This document shows positions 60,698-64,000 of a stretch of 64,000 nt of DNA, in pieces (the stretch's first letter is position 1; the number at the start of each line of letters is the position of its first letter). The DNA is taken from positions 372,001-436,000 of the forward strand of contig JBNRSN020000194.1 of assembly GCA_051313645.2 (NCBI GenBank), given 5' to 3'. Under the pieces are notes generated by a model. It worked only from the letters and a program-made list of their open reading frames with translations, had not been told where the DNA came from and did no database searches. Position numbers and translations under genes: made by a program. Source of the stretch: Centroscyllium fabricii (lineage: Eukaryota).

Positions 60698-62488
60698 TGT
60701 AAGGAGCGTGCGCCGTATATTTTACTGTACGACTTGGGGTCCGTTACTGCCTTGCGCTAGCAGTCCGCTAGGCCTCGCGCAATAACCTCCTCCCCCGCGA
60801 GCGGTTCGAATCGCTCACTCTTTACGGTTCTAGACGCTGGACTTAGGTGCAGGAAGAGAGAGAGAGAGAGATGGATACCGATTGGACTCAGATATTTTAT
60901 ACTCGAATAAAAGTTTGTAAAGTTGGAAGGTTTTTATTACACCAAGAGATATATTTACAGCAGTAAGGGTAAAGGTTTATTACACCAAGAGATATATTTA
61001 CAGCAGTTAGGTTGTATTTCATCAGAGTGACACAGTATGACACATCAACAACTGTTTCCCAAACAGATACATATAGGTACATACACAGATAACTTATGGG
61101 ATGGGGAACGCACGGCACAACGTAAATCGGGGCAATGACTCTATGAATACACCCCAAATAAACCACCCTTCCCTCTATTGCCTAGTTTTGTCCAGGTGTG
61201 TAGGATCGAGGCACATGCTCACCACTCGGTAATACTCGGGATCTGCTACGAAGTTCCTCGCTTCTTCGGCTGCAGCGTCGGTCATCACGTGGCTGTGGAA
61301 GATTCGGGAGTCCACTTGTTGTTCTCTCCCTTTGGGCGGCGGTCGCTCCTGCTCGGGCTGGTCCCGGACGGATTCCTCGAGGCTGCTCTATCTCCTCGCA
61401 CCAACCACACCGTCTCCCTGGCTGAACCGGACCCTGGGGTATGCCGATCCTGCCCTCTCAAGCCGAACTGTAACGGGCTGCTAGCCTAATCGTTCTCCCA
61501 CTCTTCGAACGCTAGTTTATTCTTAGTCAACTGCAACCAGCCTTTTCTAACTCACTCACTTTGAATGCTTTGCTTCGCTAATGGGCCTCAGCAACTAACT
61601 ACCTCACCGGCAATGGTTTTCCGATGCGATACTGCCCTGACCCAACTCTGCTGTCCTGCCAGAGCCTTCACCCTGTTTGCCCTGCACCCAGAAAACTGAA
61701 CTGGAGTCTTCGAAACAGAGAACCCACCCAAAGTCACTGCTAGACCTCACCGCTTCAAGAGGTCGCCTCCACGAGTCAAGAGAGAGAAATCCAAGAGCCT
61801 TCTCCAAGAGCTCACCGATGAGAAGAGCTAAGAGCTCAGCGCTAAGAGTTCCAAGAGAGAGGAGTCTACCAGCGAGCCCTCTCCAGAGAGCCCACAGATG
61901 AGAAGAGATTTTCAAGAGATCGAACTGTACAATGTCCTGCTAGTTATACCCCAAAGTCGAAATGCCTAATGTCTTTCCCATTAGGGCCTGTATTGTGTGT
62001 GGAAAGCAGTTACTGCACTCCTTTTGTCCAGCCAAGCCTGCCGGTAATAGTTTTGATGGTGGCTCTAACTTCTCCGGTTAGAGTCCCATTGTTTTCAAGG
62101 GTGCTAATCGCTTTATGCTCGAAGGGTATACAATTTCTGTAGCTGGTTAAACGGGCCAGCTGCTTCGTATTTGCAGTTGTTTTGGGTGTTTATTTAAACT
62201 GGGTGCATTTCTTTGTCGGGCTAATCGGTTTCTAAAGGGCAGGCCATTTATTTACAGGTTTAACAGCGCCTTTATGTCTGGTTTCTTCGCGGGCTTTTCG
62301 AGTTGAGTTTTAGTTTCGGTTTTGCACTATGCCATGTGGTCCGGCGGCCATCTTGGAGGCCCCTTTTCTCTGATCAGGCCGCAGCCTGTCTTGTCTGTCA
62401 TTGTCCAAATAAAAGAAAATGTGTATACTCCATCCTTCGTTTCTAGTCTTTGTGAATCCGATTTAACAGGGAATATTGCGACCTTACA
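60698..62488 (-). repeat. 5' LTR (1791 bp)
   Basis: Near-identical to 49980-51770; minus-strand TATAA at 61944-61948 and AATAAA at 61516-61521. Confidence 0.98.
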
Positions 62489-62492
62489 CAGA

Positions 62493-63224
62493 CTCAGGCA
62501 TTTTCCCAGATCAATAGTGATGTAATAATGGAGTCTGATACATCAATAACTATCCATTACATTATCATTATGTACAAAGATGGGTTTTACCACACTTCCA
62601 GGTGCAGCTTTCTCCCCATACTGAGCAGTTCCAGTACTTATACTAACAGGAAACAGGAAGTGACGTGAGAGTTCACCCCTTAGTCTTCCCCCGGAATTCT
62701 GTTCAATATTACCACATTCTTCCCTCCTGCAAAATTAAAATGCGGGAATCTTCTTTTTATTCTTGAGTAGCCGAACAAGGAGGAGACGCACCCATTTGAG
62801 TTCTCGTTGCTGGGTTGATGGTCCATCCCTATGGACAATGTCTGGGTCTCTGGACCATTTACCTGCTGTTGGCCACGGGTCAGAACCTGCGTGGCCTGGA
62901 TTACCCTGTGAAGGGTCGGGGAGTTCATGGCTCCGCGTACGAGCTCCAATAGGTGCAGAGCTGGTTTGTCGCTGGTCAGGGGAAAGCACAGAGCTGGTCT
63001 GCGGCCAATTGGCACTTTGGCGTGATGCACCAGAAGGATTATGACTCCGTGTATGAGCCCCCACGGGCTCAGAGTCGGTTGGTGTCTGGTCAGTGTCCTG
63101 GAAAGAGGTACATGGCGGGTCGTAACTTTGAGTGTGTGATTTGACCGGCGCAAAGCTAGTTGGTGTCAGATCCGGGTCCAGGAGAGTGGTACCCTGTGGG
63201 TCCCTGGAGGCCCCTGGTAGGATA
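62493..63224 (-). mobile_element. Probable 3' end of an older LTR retrotransposon (LTR remnant to 62716, PPT 62717-62728)
   Basis: Minus strand AGGAGGGAAGAA then TGTGGTAAT; low-complexity coding-like sequence upstream; no catalytic motif visible. Confidence 0.4.
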
Positions 63225-64000
63225 TGTTGTTCCTTGTGGTCGCCAGAGGTGTGCGTGAGGCACAATAAATACTCGGACACAGAGTTGTAACAAACAGCAG
63301 TCTTTACTCGATCAGCGGCCATGTGGAAGCCGAGTACTACATGCAGTGCAGCGCTATTTATACCCAGTGGCCCAAAGAGGTATTACAGTACCCTTCCTCA
63401 TACACAAAATAGTCCACATATATTCCAGCTCTGCCATTGGCTCATAGGCTGTTTACAGGCTGTCAATCATGCCTTCTCACATACACTACATCCCTCCCCT
63501 TTTAGCTAACACGTCACCCCTCGTTTTACAGGACGGTATCATTATACAACAGTGAGGTATTATTAATTACATAACAACCGATTAACTTACTACATTTGTG
63601 TCAACTGTGATCTTATACCAGAATTTAACATAATAACCGATTAACTTACTACATTTGTGTCAACTGTGATCTTATACAAAATTGTTCTCTACCAACATGT
63701 GTGTTCAACATTTTACACACAGTACCAACACATTATTACAATTGTTTTTAACAGTGTCTTCCTGCTTTCATCTCCTTCCATGATGCTGTTCTGGACCTCC
63801 GCGGTCATCCCAAGTCCTGACACCCTATATAAGTGTCTTCTACTGTCTCTTGGAAAATGCTCTCGTCCAGTCTATGGAGTCCTTGGACGGGTTTGCCCGT
63901 GATCGGGTTAACCTTGGGGTTGTTGCTGGTTAATGCCCAGCTCTTATTGCTGTTGCTGGTTGACACCCGGCAGGCTTTGGCTATATGTCCCAATTTTCCA
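63225..64000 (-). mobile_element. 3' end of another LTR element (LTR about 63225-63490, PPT 63491-63503, gag knuckle at the window edge)
   Basis: TGTTGT...ACTACA termini, minus-strand CCAAT and TATAAA, PPT AAAAGGGGAGGGA, peptide GKLGHIAKAC at 63968-64000. Confidence 0.6.

Larger units (their letters stand above)
49980..62488 (-). mobile_element. Full-length, very young env-less retrovirus-like provirus (lokiretrovirus/Odin-like architecture)
   Basis: Two 1791-bp LTRs with TGTAAGG...CCTTACA ends, 4-bp TSD CAGA (49976-49979, 62489-62492), PBS, PPT, gag and retroviral-type pol. The family assignment is inferred. Confidence 0.93.

Noticed and set aside
49980-62488. Foamy virus assignment (long LTR, YVDD, 4-bp TSD)
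   Set aside because: Gag has a CCHC knuckle, the PBS is not tRNA-Lys-like, pol is in frame with gag, and env and accessory genes are absent.
62735-63322. 195-aa minus-strand ORF as a host or accessory gene
   Set aside because: It appears to span the junction of two LTR elements (about 63225) and has no recognisable domain.

Overview
Eukaryotic, repeat-only DNA with no recognisable host gene. HE1-type SINEs and a HER1-type LINE tail point to a cartilaginous fish. Positions 1-~36060 are a 29-bp satellite (CTGACTGAGAATACTCGGAGCACCCGCCC) with ~27-30-mer higher-order repeats; it decays at its right edge into a tRNA-derived SINE head. Positions 36100-49900 are a nested transposon stack: CR1-group fragments, a Harbinger-like MITE, and a Rex1/Babar LINE split by an unknown 750-bp insert and by a degenerate Gypsy element. 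That Gypsy has a self-complementary (non-tRNA) primer site and itself carries a younger Rex1 and a MITE. Positions 49980-62488 hold the most notable item: a very young, env-less, retrovirus-like provirus. It has 1791-bp LTRs, a CAGA TSD, a tRNA-Arg-like PBS overlapping the Gag AUG, and a 640-aa Gag split only by a hAT MITE. An in-frame UGA-CUA leads into an open Pol with retroviral RT, tether plus RNase H and integrase, an architecture like lokiretroviruses/Odin elements. Its LTR appears to contain an intron. Fragments of two further LTR elements end the window. All calls are by eye, without database searches.
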